The notes under the pieces are model-generated. The model worked only from the letters and a program-made list of their open reading frames with translations, was not told where the DNA came from and ran no database searches. Source: an uncultured Syntrophomonadaceae bacterium (lineage in GTDB: Bacteria > Bacillota > Dethiobacteria > DTU022). Taken from it: a DNA stretch of 64,000 nt. The first letter of the stretch is position 1. The number at the start of each line of letters is the position of its first letter. The stretch covers positions 3,301 through 67,300 of the forward strand of contig CAYTXG010000010.1 of NCBI GenBank assembly GCA_964441025.1, read 5' to 3'. The translations under genes were made by a program, and so were the position numbers. Below are positions 1 through 8,860 of this stretch, one piece after another.

Positions 1-133
1 TTCCCCCTGCGCTGGTCATGCTCATGCAGGAAAATCGCGCTCCGGGGCAAGATATAAAAGGCAGGGGGCAGGATTAAAGGAAGATCAATGGAATATCTTA
101 GCTTGGGAAATCCAACCAGGGAGGGTTGCTACT

Positions 134-1438
134 TTGGCAGATCAAAATATAAATATAATGCTGCCCAACGGGGTTCGGCTCACCTTTATCCGCACCTCTA
201 AATTCAAGACCATCAGCATGGCCCTGTTCATCCACCAGGAGCTTGCTGCAGGCAAGGCCGCGCTAACGGCGCTGCTTCCCGCGGTTCTGGAGCGCGGCAG
301 CCGGCAGTATCCGGACAATCTAACCCTGCGCCGGGCGCTGGAAGAGCTTTACGGCGCCGAACTCACCACCGATGTGCATAAAAAGGGGGAGCGGCATCTT
401 ATATCCTGTTCGCTGGAGATAATGCACGGCAAGTACGTGGGAGAAGGGGAGCAGATGCTGCGCCGGGGGCTGTCCATCCTCGGCGCGATCATCGGTGATC
501 CCCTGGTTATCGACGGCGGTTTCAAGGAGCCTTACGTGGTCCAGGAGAAGGAGCAGCTGGCCGATATTATCAGGGGTCTGATCAATGACAAGGCACTCTA
601 CGCCGTTGAAAAATGCCTGCAGGGCATGTGCGCAAAGGAGAGATTCGGCGTCTTCAGGTACGGATCCCTGGAGGGACTGGATGGAATCAGCCCCGTTTCC
701 CTCTGGCGCTACTACCGCGAGATCCTCTCCGCCAACCCGGTGGAACTGTACATAGTGGGCGATCTGGAGGCGCAGCAGGTGGAGGAGGCGGCCCGGGAGA
801 CGGTGCGCTTCCACCGCGGGCCGCAAACGGGGGCCCCGGGCCTGCCTGATACGGAGATCTATTTTGAACCTGCTGAAGTGAAATTTGTTGAAGAGGCGAT
901 GGCGGTGGGCCAGGCCAAGCTGGTTCTCGGCTACCGCACCAATATCGCCTACAGCGACCCGCTCTATTTCGCGCTGGTCATGTACAGCGGCATCCTGGGG
1001 GGTTTTCCCCATTCCAAGCTTTTTCTAAATGTTCGCGAGAAAGCGAGCCTGGCTTACTATGCCCATTCGCGCCTGGAGAGGCATAAAGGGCTCATGCTCA
1101 TTGCCGCCGGCATTGAGGGAGGCAGGTACGAGCAGGCGCGGCAGATAATCGAGCAGCAGGTTGAGGATATGGCTCGCGGGCGGATCAGCGAGGTCGAACT
1201 GGAGAACACGCGGCGGGGCCTGGTTGACCAGCTCCGCGCCGGGGAAGACAACCCCTACCAGTTTATCAACAGGCAGCTGGACGGCGGGATCGGCGGAAAA
1301 CAGTATACCACGGCGGAGATGATCCGGGCCATAGAAGAGGTCGGCCCGGGAGAGATCACAGCTGTAGCGGAGAAGGTCAGGCTTGATACCGTGTACCTGC
1401 TGCGGAGTGAGGAAGGGGTTGAAACCCATGGTCAATGA
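134..1438 (+). CDS. M16 family peptidase, non-catalytic-type partner (no HxxEH motif)
   Basis: The 434-aa ORF has insulinase-like fold signatures. It probably starts at TTG 134, preceded by GGGAGGG. Its 3' end overlaps the next M16 gene by 11 nt, a typical M16B pair arrangement. Confidence 0.7.
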   Translation: MADQNINIMLPNGVRLTFIRTSKFKTISMALFIHQELAAGKAALTALLPAVLERGSRQYPDNLTLRRALEELYGAELTTDVHKKGERHLISCSLEIMHGKYVGEGEQMLRRGLSILGAIIGDPLVIDGGFKEPYVVQEKEQLADIIRGLINDKALYAVEKCLQGMCAKERFGVFRYGSLEGLDGISPVSLWRYYREILSANPVELYIVGDLEAQQVEEAARETVRFHRGPQTGAPGLPDTEIYFEPAEVKFVEEAMAVGQAKLVLGYRTNIAYSDPLYFALVMYSGILGGFPHSKLFLNVREKASLAYYAHSRLERHKGLMLIAAGIEGGRYEQARQIIEQQVEDMARGRISEVELENTRRGLVDQLRAGEDNPYQFINRQLDGGIGGKQYTTAEMIRAIEEVGPGEITAVAEKVRLDTVYLLRSEEGVETHGQ

Positions 1439-2735
1439 CAGGAATAAAAGAGTGCGTGAATTTGCCGAGCTGCAGGAAACACTTGTTTGCTACACAATTT
1501 ACCCGGGGATGCCCCTGTACATCCTTCCCAAGCCCGGCTACCAGAAAAAATATGCCGCCTTTGCCGCCCACTTCGGCTCCATCGACAACCGCTTCCAGGT
1601 GGAAGGCGCCGCCGAACCGGTCACAATTCCGGAAGGGGTGGCTCATTTTCTGGAGCACAAGCTTTTTGAGGATGAGCGGGGGAATGTGTTCGACCGTTTT
1701 GCCGCCCACGGCGCCTCATCCAATGCCTATACCACCTTTACGCATACCAGCTACCTTTTCTCGACAACGGATCACTTTTCAGAATGCCTGGAGCTGCTTC
1801 TTGACTTTGTGCAGGAGCCCTATTTTACCGGGGAATCGGTGAGCAAGGAGCAGGGGATCATCGGGCAGGAGATCGGCATGTACCAGGACAGCCCCCAATG
1901 GCGGGTTTTCTTTGATCTTTTGCAGTCGCTTTACGAGCGCCACCCTGTGCGCGAGGATATCGTCGGCACGGTGGAGAGCATTGCCCGGATCACGCCCGAG
2001 CTGCTCTATCAATGCTACCGGCGTTTTTACCATCCGGGCAACATGGCCATGTTTGTTGTCGGCGATCTCGAGCCCGACGAGATCTGGAAGCAGGTCAGCG
2101 AGAATATCGAGCGTCACAATTACAGGGAACTTGCCCCCATCGCCAGGCTCTACCCCGAGGAGCCGGCAACGGTGCTGCGCCGGCGCACCAGCCGGGAGAT
2201 GGTTGTCTCCGAGCCGCTTTTTCACCTGGGCTTCAAGGATCCGGCGGCGGTGCGGCTTGAGGGGGAGGCGCTGCTGCGCCGCGAGAGCGCCATGGAGATC
2301 ATGCTCGATATTATCTTCGGCTCCAGCGAGGCGCTTTTCAACGAGCTATATGAAAATATGCTGATAGACGATCGCTTTGAAGCGGGCTACACCGCGGAGG
2401 CCGGCTATGCTTATATCCTCATCGGAGGGGAGACAAGGGACCCCGACCGGCTCTATGAGAGGATCATGGGCGCCATTGAAGAGGCGAAAAAAGCGGGATT
2501 CAGCGCCGGCCAGTTTGAGCGCCACCGGCGGGACCGCCTGGGCAGCTTCATGCGCCGCTTCAATTCCCTGGAATACATCGCCAACAATTACCTGGCCTAC
2601 CGCTTCCGCGGCAGCGACCTTTTCAACTATCCGGCTGTGTTGCAGCAGATTACCCTGGACGAGGTTTACTCCCTTGTTGAAGAGACGCTCATCCCCGAGA
2701 GGCACGCCGTCTCCATCATCACCCCCAAAAAATGA
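1428..2735 (+). CDS. M16 family zinc peptidase (inverzincin HxxEH motif HFLEH)
   Basis: The HFLEHKLFEDERG motif is near the N-terminus. ATG at 1428 is preceded by GAGGAAGGGG. The long ORF start at 1383 sits inside the upstream gene and is unlikely. The stop TGA at 2733-2735 is the first triplet of a REP element. Confidence 0.8.
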   Translation: MVNDRNKRVREFAELQETLVCYTIYPGMPLYILPKPGYQKKYAAFAAHFGSIDNRFQVEGAAEPVTIPEGVAHFLEHKLFEDERGNVFDRFAAHGASSNAYTTFTHTSYLFSTTDHFSECLELLLDFVQEPYFTGESVSKEQGIIGQEIGMYQDSPQWRVFFDLLQSLYERHPVREDIVGTVESIARITPELLYQCYRRFYHPGNMAMFVVGDLEPDEIWKQVSENIERHNYRELAPIARLYPEEPATVLRRRTSREMVVSEPLFHLGFKDPAAVRLEGEALLRRESAMEIMLDIIFGSSEALFNELYENMLIDDRFEAGYTAEAGYAYILIGGETRDPDRLYERIMGAIEEAKKAGFSAGQFERHRRDRLGSFMRRFNSLEYIANNYLAYRFRGSDLFNYPAVLQQITLDEVYSLVEETLIPERHAVSIITPKK

Positions 2736-2761
2736 GTCAAGGGGACGGAGGATTTGACTCA
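2733..2761. repeat. REP-like 29-bp palindromic element (variant TGAGTCAAGGGGACGGAGGATTTGACTCA)
   Basis: Direct reading; the outer arms TGAGTCAA/TTGACTCA are reverse complements. It supplies the stop codon of the upstream CDS. Confidence 0.9.
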
Positions 2762-3188
2762 CTCTGCCATGGGCTGCCGACCAGGGTCAAGGTGCGTTCC
2801 TCCGGGGAGTTAGGTTTATCTTACGGGACCAGTTTTACACCGGCTGCACAAATTCGGGCGACCTGTAGGTCGCCCCTTGTACACCGGCCAGACATGGGTC
2901 ACCCGGCACCGCCTGATCCATCCTGTTGCCGTATTCCCCGCAGAACCGGGTTCCAACGGGGCTTTTCGCCCTGCAGCATTCACATTTCAGCCCTTTTCCC
3001 TCCTATGCAGATCTTCTCCCGCTGCGCCAAGTATATCCTGCGATTAGAAAAGGTTGGCGAGCTATTCCCTTCGCTCCGGTTCACCACAGGCGAGGGTTTA
3101 ATAATTGCTTGCTCTTCAGAGGGAAAGCCGTTACAATAGTCAAAGAGCGTGTACACAAAATTGTGCACAAACAGCGGGGAGGAAAAAC

Positions 3189-5930
3189 ATGCATCCATTT
3201 ACTGAATATCTCAATCCTTACTTAGGCGATCTCCTGCAAAACATGGCCATGGATAAGAGCTTTGTGCGGGGGGATGGTTGCCATCTTTACGATGAATCCG
3301 GCAACCGCTATCTCGACTGCATAGCCGCTTACGGTGCGCTGCCCTTCGGGCATAACCCCCCGGAGATCTGGGAGGCGGTGACCGGTTTCCGCATCTCCGG
3401 GGAGCCCAATTTTGTGCAGCCCTCTTATCTCGACGCAGCGGGTTTGCTGGCGAAAGGGCTGGTGGAGACGGCTCCGCCTGGCCTGCGCTACGTCACCTTT
3501 ACCAACAGCGGCGCCGAAGCGGTGGAAGCTGCGCTGAAGCTCTGCCGCGCCGCCACCGGGCGTAAAGGGATCCTGGCAGCAGATAACAGCTTCCACGGCA
3601 AGACCCTGGGCGCGCTTTCCGCAACGGGGAACAGCGCCTACCAGGCGCCTTTTGGGACCCCGGTGGAGGGATTCGATTTTGTTAAATACGGGGATCCCGA
3701 TGCTTTGGAAGCCAAATTCGCGGCGGCGCCGCGGTTCTATGCCGCCTTTATCGCCGAGCCTATCCAGGGCGAGGGGGGGATTGTTGTGCCGCCGACGGAC
3801 TACCTTTCCCGGGTTAAAGAGATCTGCGCCCGCTACGGGGTTCTCCTGGTGGTGGATGAGATTCAGACCGGGCTGGGGAGAACTGGCCGTTTATTTGCCT
3901 GTGAAGAGGAAGGAGTTACACCGGACCTGCTGCTCCTGGCCAAAGCCCTGGGCGGCGGCCTTGTGCCCATAGGCGCCTGCCTAAGCACTGCAGAGGCATA
4001 CAGCGATCTCTTTGCGCTGAAGCATTCCTCGACCTTTGCGGGAAATTCACTGGCCTGCCGGGTGGGGCTCCGGGTGCTGGAGCAGCTTACTGCGGATAAC
4101 GGCGCACTGCTGCACCAGGTCCAAAAGCGGGGGCTGCTGTTGAAGGAGGGTCTTTACGCCCTGCAAGAAAAGTACCCGCACCTGATCAGTGCTGTGCGGG
4201 GGAGAGGTTTGATGCTCGGCCTGGAGCTGTCCATGGAGCGGCGCTCATATCCGGGCAGCCTTCTCGGATTTGCCGCCGAACAGGAGCTTCTGGCACCGGC
4301 TCTCTCCGCCTACCTGCTGAACCGGGAGCGGATTCGCGTGGCCCCCACGCTGAACGGCGGCGCCGTTATCCGTATTGAACCGCCGCTCATTATCACTGAC
4401 GCACAGTGCCGCCGAGCTTTGGAAGGCATTTCCGCCGCAATGGCGGTGCTGAACGAAGCAAATACGGCAAGATTCTTCTCATTTTTGGTTACAGATAAGT
4501 CGGAGCTGCGCGGACTCAAAGAACAGTTTTCTCCGGGCCCACCGGCGCCTGGCGGAGCGAAAACAGCAGCCGGCGGGCCTGTTCCGGCAGGTCAGCCGGA
4601 ACAAGCGGCAGCTGCCCCAACTGCCGGCGCCGCCGCCGCTTTCCCCGGTGCGGGTCGCTTTGCCTTCCTGCTTCATCCTCTTGACCTGCAGAGCTATTCG
4701 CAATTTGATAAAAGCCTGCTCCTTTTTAACGAGGATGAACTTGCCCGCCTGGCGAAAAGGTGGAGCAGCCTGATGGAGCCCTATGTGATCTCCCGGGTGG
4801 ATCTGGTATCAAAAGAGGGCGGCTGCGCCCGGGGTGAATTTATCGTTATACCGCGCACAGCCGTAGAGCTGTCCCGGATGCCCCGCGAAAAAGCACTGCA
4901 GGAGCTGCGGAAGGCGATGAATCTGGCCCGGGCGGGCGGCGCTGGTATTGTCGGTCTGGGCGCCTATACCGCCGTTGTCTCCATGGGCGGGCTCTACCTG
5001 AAAGACGAGAAAATCCCGCTGACCACCGGGAACAGCTACACCGTTGTCTCGGCGGCTGAAGCGGTTGGCGCCGCCTGCGGGAAGCTGGGGATACTGCCGC
5101 AGGGCAGCACCGTAGCGGTTATCGGGGGCGCCGGCTCCATCGGCAAGGGGGTGGCCCTGCTGCTTTCCGAAAGCGCGGGCGGGCTTATCCTGGTAGGGAA
5201 TCCTCACAGCAAAAAGAAGGCCTGCGGCGCTCAGCGGATGTGGGGGGTTGCTGCAGAGATCTACCGCTACCTGGCCCGGCTGCTGCAGGGGGGACGCCTT
5301 TTTCCCTGCGGCAGCATGGGTGATCGCCTGTCCCGCTGCGCAGCGCTGCCTTCGCCCGAAGCATCTCTGCAAGATTTCGTTGACTTTGCCCGCAGCGCTG
5401 CGCAACGGGGCGGGCCTATCCGGGTCGCTCTTTCCGCCAAAGAGGGGCTCGGCCGGGCAGGAATCGTGATCAGCGCCACCAGCAGCCGGGAAAAACTGAT
5501 CGGACCGGGCGATCTGCAGCCGGGAGCAGTTGTCTGTGATATCTCAAGGCCGCCCAATGTGAGCGAAGCGGTGGAGAACGAGCGCCCCGATGTCCTGGTT
5601 ATTGACGGCGGCGTTGTCGAGCTGCCCGGGCGCCCCGACCTGGGCTGGGATTTCGGATTCCCGCCGGGTCTGGCCTACGCCTGTATGGCCGAAACAATGA
5701 TGCTGGCCCTGGAGCGCCGCTACGAGCACTTCAGCCTGGGCTCCTCCGGGGTGAACCTGGATTCCATATTGCAGACCCGCCGGTGGGCCGGCCGTCACGG
5801 TTTCAAGCTGGCCGATCTGCGCAGCTTTGATCGCCCCTTGAGCAAAGGGCGCTGGGAGCAGCTGCTTGCCGCCCGCCGCGAACAAAAAACCGCCGTGAGC
5901 CACGGTGACAGTGAGTCAAGGGGACGGTGA
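3189..5930 (+). CDS. Fusion protein: class-III PLP aminotransferase (N-terminal ~440 aa) plus acyl-ACP reductase (AAR)-like NAD(P)-binding domain (C-terminal ~430 aa)
   Basis: ATG 3189 follows GGGGAGG with a 6-nt spacer. The N-terminal part has class-III aminotransferase motifs (NSGAEAVEAALKL, VVDEIQTGLGRTG). A Pro/Ala-rich linker follows. The C-terminal part resembles cyanobacterial aldehyde-forming acyl-ACP reductase (FAFLLHPLDL, GAGIVGLGAYTAVV, VAVIGGAGSIGKGVA, VIDGGVVE). The last codons (ESRGR-stop) are encoded by a REP element. Confidence 0.75.
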   Translation: MHPFTEYLNPYLGDLLQNMAMDKSFVRGDGCHLYDESGNRYLDCIAAYGALPFGHNPPEIWEAVTGFRISGEPNFVQPSYLDAAGLLAKGLVETAPPGLRYVTFTNSGAEAVEAALKLCRAATGRKGILAADNSFHGKTLGALSATGNSAYQAPFGTPVEGFDFVKYGDPDALEAKFAAAPRFYAAFIAEPIQGEGGIVVPPTDYLSRVKEICARYGVLLVVDEIQTGLGRTGRLFACEEEGVTPDLLLLAKALGGGLVPIGACLSTAEAYSDLFALKHSSTFAGNSLACRVGLRVLEQLTADNGALLHQVQKRGLLLKEGLYALQEKYPHLISAVRGRGLMLGLELSMERRSYPGSLLGFAAEQELLAPALSAYLLNRERIRVAPTLNGGAVIRIEPPLIITDAQCRRALEGISAAMAVLNEANTARFFSFLVTDKSELRGLKEQFSPGPPAPGGAKTAAGGPVPAGQPEQAAAAPTAGAAAAFPGAGRFAFLLHPLDLQSYSQFDKSLLLFNEDELARLAKRWSSLMEPYVISRVDLVSKEGGCARGEFIVIPRTAVELSRMPREKALQELRKAMNLARAGGAGIVGLGAYTAVVSMGGLYLKDEKIPLTTGNSYTVVSAAEAVGAACGKLGILPQGSTVAVIGGAGSIGKGVALLLSESAGGLILVGNPHSKKKACGAQRMWGVAAEIYRYLARLLQGGRLFPCGSMGDRLSRCAALPSPEASLQDFVDFARSAAQRGGPIRVALSAKEGLGRAGIVISATSSREKLIGPGDLQPGAVVCDISRPPNVSEAVENERPDVLVIDGGVVELPGRPDLGWDFGFPPGLAYACMAETMMLALERRYEHFSLGSSGVNLDSILQTRRWAGRHGFKLADLRSFDRPLSKGRWEQLLAARREQKTAVSHGDSESRGR

Positions 5931-5940
5931 CTTTGACTCA
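5912..5940. repeat. REP-like element, consensus TGAGTCAAGGGGACGGTGACTTTGACTCA
   Basis: Direct reading; contains the stop codon (5928-5930) of the fusion gene. Confidence 0.9.
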
Positions 5941-5958
5941 CATCTTATGCAATTAAAT

Positions 5959-5987
5959 AGAGTCGGAGGGACGTTTACCTTGACTCA
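5959..5987. repeat. Degenerate second REP copy (AGAGTCGGAGGGACGTTTACCTTGACTCA)
   Basis: It sits 19 bp after the first copy in the same orientation, with about 8 mismatches. Confidence 0.6.
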
Positions 5988-5995
5988 CCGGTCGC

Positions 5996-6766
5996 TCAAG
6001 CCCTTTGAATCATGTTTCTGTTTATCCCGGCGACGCGTTCTATTTGCCGGTGACTGACCCCCGGCAGGGCTTTTAACTTCCGCAGGAGCATGTTTCTTCT
6101 GTTAGCGGGCATTTTAAGAAGCTCCGCCGTTGATTTGCCGGCTAAAACCAGCTGGATCAACTGCTCTGCATGCCCATCTGTAGCCCTGGTAATATCGTTG
6201 ATATCCAGCAGATCCTCGTCGCCGCAAATTTTCAAGTGGAATTCGGCAAACTCCTGTTGCCCGCCGATGATCTCCAAAGCCAGAGCTGTATCTGTCAGGC
6301 TGGTGTCCACGCTTTCCGGTTTCATATAATCACGATAGCTGCTCCAGGGATAGCTTGCGCAATATTGCGTTATTCCAGCCTTCACAGGATTCTGATGGAT
6401 GTAGCGTAACGCCGTCAGCAGATATTCGTCCACATGAACAGGTTCACTGTGGAAGCGCCCCTGGAACAAATGTCCCACCCGATCGTGCTTCCGGTTATAC
6501 CAGTACACATAAGCGCTTCCCAGCCGTTTCATGATCTGGCTGACCGTTTCGATGATCTCGGCGATGAGCAAATGCACATGATTGCCCATCAGGCAATATC
6601 CATAAATCATGCATCTGCTGCGTTTTTTAACAGAATCGAGTATCTCCAAGAATCTGGTTCTATCTTCTTTATCTTGAAAGATGTTACGGCGGTTAATCCC
6701 TCTTAGTATTACATGATAGACACCGGTTTCGCTCCTTTTACGAGCTGTTCTGGGCATGCCAATCAT
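5996..6766 (-). CDS. IS200/IS605-like Y1 (HuH) transposase of the REP-associated type (RAYT), with a C-terminal HTH-like extension
   Basis: The HuH motif (GNHVHLLI) is followed by the tyrosine region (YVYWYNRKHDRVGHLFQGRF). REPs in opposite orientation flank the gene at 5912-5987 and 6889-6917. Confidence 0.8.
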   Translation of the reverse strand: MIGMPRTARKRSETGVYHVILRGINRRNIFQDKEDRTRFLEILDSVKKRSRCMIYGYCLMGNHVHLLIAEIIETVSQIMKRLGSAYVYWYNRKHDRVGHLFQGRFHSEPVHVDEYLLTALRYIHQNPVKAGITQYCASYPWSSYRDYMKPESVDTSLTDTALALEIIGGQQEFAEFHLKICGDEDLLDINDITRATDGHAEQLIQLVLAGKSTAELLKMPANRRNMLLRKLKALPGVSHRQIERVAGINRNMIQRA

Positions 6767-6888
6767 TCCTTTTCAGAAGATATTTGCATGGATTATTATA
6801 CCATAGCGGTAAGATTCTGAAAACAAGGTCTCAACAAGCAGCACTCCTGCTGCAGCGGTTGCCGGAGAATCCAGGGAGACGCTTCTGG

Positions 6889-6917
6889 TGAGTCAAAGTC
6901 ACCGTCCCCTTGACTCA
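6889..6917. repeat. REP-like element, inverted orientation (TGAGTCAAAGTCACCGTCCCCTTGACTCA)
   Basis: Exact reverse complement of the 5912 copy. Confidence 0.9.
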
Positions 6918-7033
6918 AAAAAGTACAGTCATTGGATACGTGTTTTGCCCTATAAATTTTAGTCATTTTTCAGTATAATATAGTTGTCGCGCTATTTGAC
7001 ACTATTGGAATGGTGAAGGAGGGGACCGAAGGA

Positions 7034-7654
7034 ATGAAAAAATGCAGAGCAGCGATGCTGCCGCTGCTGGCGGCTGTACTGGCGCTTTTCTTAGCCGGTT
7101 GTTCCGCCGGGGAGAGGGTGGATCCGGATCAGCCCAACGGCGGGGAGCGGGAGCAGCCCGGCTTGAGCCGCCCTCTGCCGGGTGATCCGGAGTACTGTGC
7201 GTCCATTCTGATACCCGACTTCTGGGGTGAAGGGGTTGTCCTGGAGGGAAACCCAAAAATGGGATACCTTATGCTGGGCTTTGGAGTTCCCGCCGGGGCG
7301 GCGCTTTACGCTCCCTTTGACGGCATGACCGCAGAGGTCAATCTTCAAGATTACAGCTCCGGCAAAGAAGATCAATTGAAAATTATCAAAGGGCGCTCCC
7401 TCTGTATGCCGGAAAGTTTAAACGGCTTTTCCGCGTACAATGTCACCGGCACATTGGAAGGGTCTGTCGGGAAAGGTGAAGTTTTTGCCGAGGTAAGCTC
7501 GGATCAACATATATTTCCAGAATACTATGGCAAGGTAAATTTAATTCTGGAATTTAATCTTTTCGATCTGGAGTCGGCGGAGTACGAAGAGCTGAAGGCT
7601 CTTTTTGGACAGGTATTTGACCGCCTTCTGAAAGAGGGGGAGGAGCCGTCCTGA
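7034..7654 (+). CDS. Lipoprotein, function unknown
   Basis: ATG 7034 follows GAAGGAGGGG. The signal peptide has the lipobox LAGC. The upstream ATG at 7010 lacks an RBS. Confidence 0.6.
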   Translation: MKKCRAAMLPLLAAVLALFLAGCSAGERVDPDQPNGGEREQPGLSRPLPGDPEYCASILIPDFWGEGVVLEGNPKMGYLMLGFGVPAGAALYAPFDGMTAEVNLQDYSSGKEDQLKIIKGRSLCMPESLNGFSAYNVTGTLEGSVGKGEVFAEVSSDQHIFPEYYGKVNLILEFNLFDLESAEYEELKALFGQVFDRLLKEGEEPS

Positions 7655-8676
7655 TGAGGCGCCAATACTGCCGGGCACATTCTCGCAAATACCGGCCGGC
7701 GGGGCCGGCCGCCGCTCTCCTCCTGGCTGTTTTTGCGCTGCTGACCCTCTCTTCCCTCTCTTGCGGCGTTCGGGAGCGGGCCGCCGTTGATGAGGAAAGC
7801 GGCGGTGCGATTGAAGAAGAGAAGAGCCTCCGGGAAGAGAATATTTCCTTCACGTTTTATCCCCCCTCGCCCGGACCCGGGGATTTTTCCATGCTTGCAG
7901 CAGGACCCTGTCCGGCAGACAGCAGCGTCAAGCTGGATACAGAGCCCGGACTGGCTCTCTCACCGCCTTATCGTCACGGAGATTATATTTACTTTATAGT
8001 TGGGATTGGCTTTCAAGTTGCTCCCGGGCCGCAGAGCCTGCTCCTCACCCTGGAGGGGCCGGGCGCCTATCGAGAAGAGGTTGCCGGAGAGCTGGAAATT
8101 GTCCACCTTGCCTTTGACACCTCGTACTTCAGCGTGCCGGTGAAGTGGAGCGGGGAGGAGGCCGACCGGAGAATCCCCGCAGAGCGGGAGATGGTCCGCC
8201 GGGCCCTCCAGACCACCGAACCGGCTCCCCTGTGGTGCCAGCCTTTCATCGTTCCCCTTGAATCCCGCATCAGCTCCCAGTACGGGGCTGTGCGGATCAT
8301 CAACGAAGCCCCGCCGCGGCGGCATACGGGGCTTGACATCGCCGCCGACAGGGGAGAGCCGGTGAAGGCGGCCAACGACGGGATCGTCAGGCTGGCTGCG
8401 TCGCTGCTGGCTCAGGGTAATATGGTGATCATTGATCACGGGATGAACCTGTCCAGCTCCTATCTGCATCTGGACAGCATCGAGGTTGACGAAGGCACCC
8501 ATGTCAAAAGAGGCGAGATTATCGGCCGCGTCGGGGAGACCGGCTTTGCCAACGGCCCTCACCTGCACTGGGAGGTGAACCTGGGCCAGACGCCGTTGAA
8601 CCCGCTGCAGCTGGTCCGGGGCGATCTTTTCTATCTGCCCACCCCCGCCCTTGAGTCGGAGGGACGGAGGATTTGA
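7654..8676 (+). CDS. M23/LytM family metallopeptidase with N-terminal signal peptide or anchor
   Basis: The C-terminal region has HTGLDIAADRGEPV...NGPHLHWEV. The stop and last 8 codons (LESEGRRI) lie inside a REP element. Confidence 0.8.
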   Translation: MRRQYCRAHSRKYRPAGPAAALLLAVFALLTLSSLSCGVRERAAVDEESGGAIEEEKSLREENISFTFYPPSPGPGDFSMLAAGPCPADSSVKLDTEPGLALSPPYRHGDYIYFIVGIGFQVAPGPQSLLLTLEGPGAYREEVAGELEIVHLAFDTSYFSVPVKWSGEEADRRIPAEREMVRRALQTTEPAPLWCQPFIVPLESRISSQYGAVRIINEAPPRRHTGLDIAADRGEPVKAANDGIVRLAASLLAQGNMVIIDHGMNLSSSYLHLDSIEVDEGTHVKRGEIIGRVGETGFANGPHLHWEVNLGQTPLNPLQLVRGDLFYLPTPALESEGRRI

Positions 8677-8680
8677 CTCA
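8652..8680. repeat. REP-like element (variant TGAGTCGGAGGGACGGAGGATTTGACTCA)
   Basis: Direct reading. Confidence 0.85.
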
Positions 8681-8828
8681 CTCCCTTAACCCTGACCCAG
8701 AGAATGAGATGGACTTATGTTTGAAATAGTAGCCTTGACTACCATGTGATGCAGGGACGGAGGCTGTGAACCTCTCCTGGAAATTAATGACATATCAGGG
8801 CATAACCTGAATAATCAGGGCCTTTGAC

Positions 8829-8857
8829 TGAGTCAAATCCTCCGTCCCCTTGACTCA
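8829..8857. repeat. REP-like element, inverted orientation (TGAGTCAAATCCTCCGTCCCCTTGACTCA)
   Basis: It forms an inverted pair with 8652-8680, separated by ~148 bp. The spacer carries a third partial copy (GGGACGGAGG at ~8753). Confidence 0.85.
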
Positions 8858-8860
8858 TTG

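Larger units (their letters stand above)
5912..6917. mobile_element. REP-RAYT-REP unit (domesticated Y1 transposase flanked by inverted REP copies)
   Basis: The REP left of the gene is in forward orientation and the REP right of it is the exact reverse complement. This is the classic RAYT configuration. Confidence 0.6.

Noticed and set aside
2732-3139. ORFs starting MSQGDGGFDSL / MSQGDGDFDSL / MSQGDVDFDSL (2732-3139, 45636-46010 minus strand, 50907-51128)
   Set aside because: All of them begin inside a REP element: ATGAGTCAAGGGGACGG reads MSQGDG. They have no RBS, run through non-coding DNA, and have low-complexity products. They are repeat-generated artefacts.
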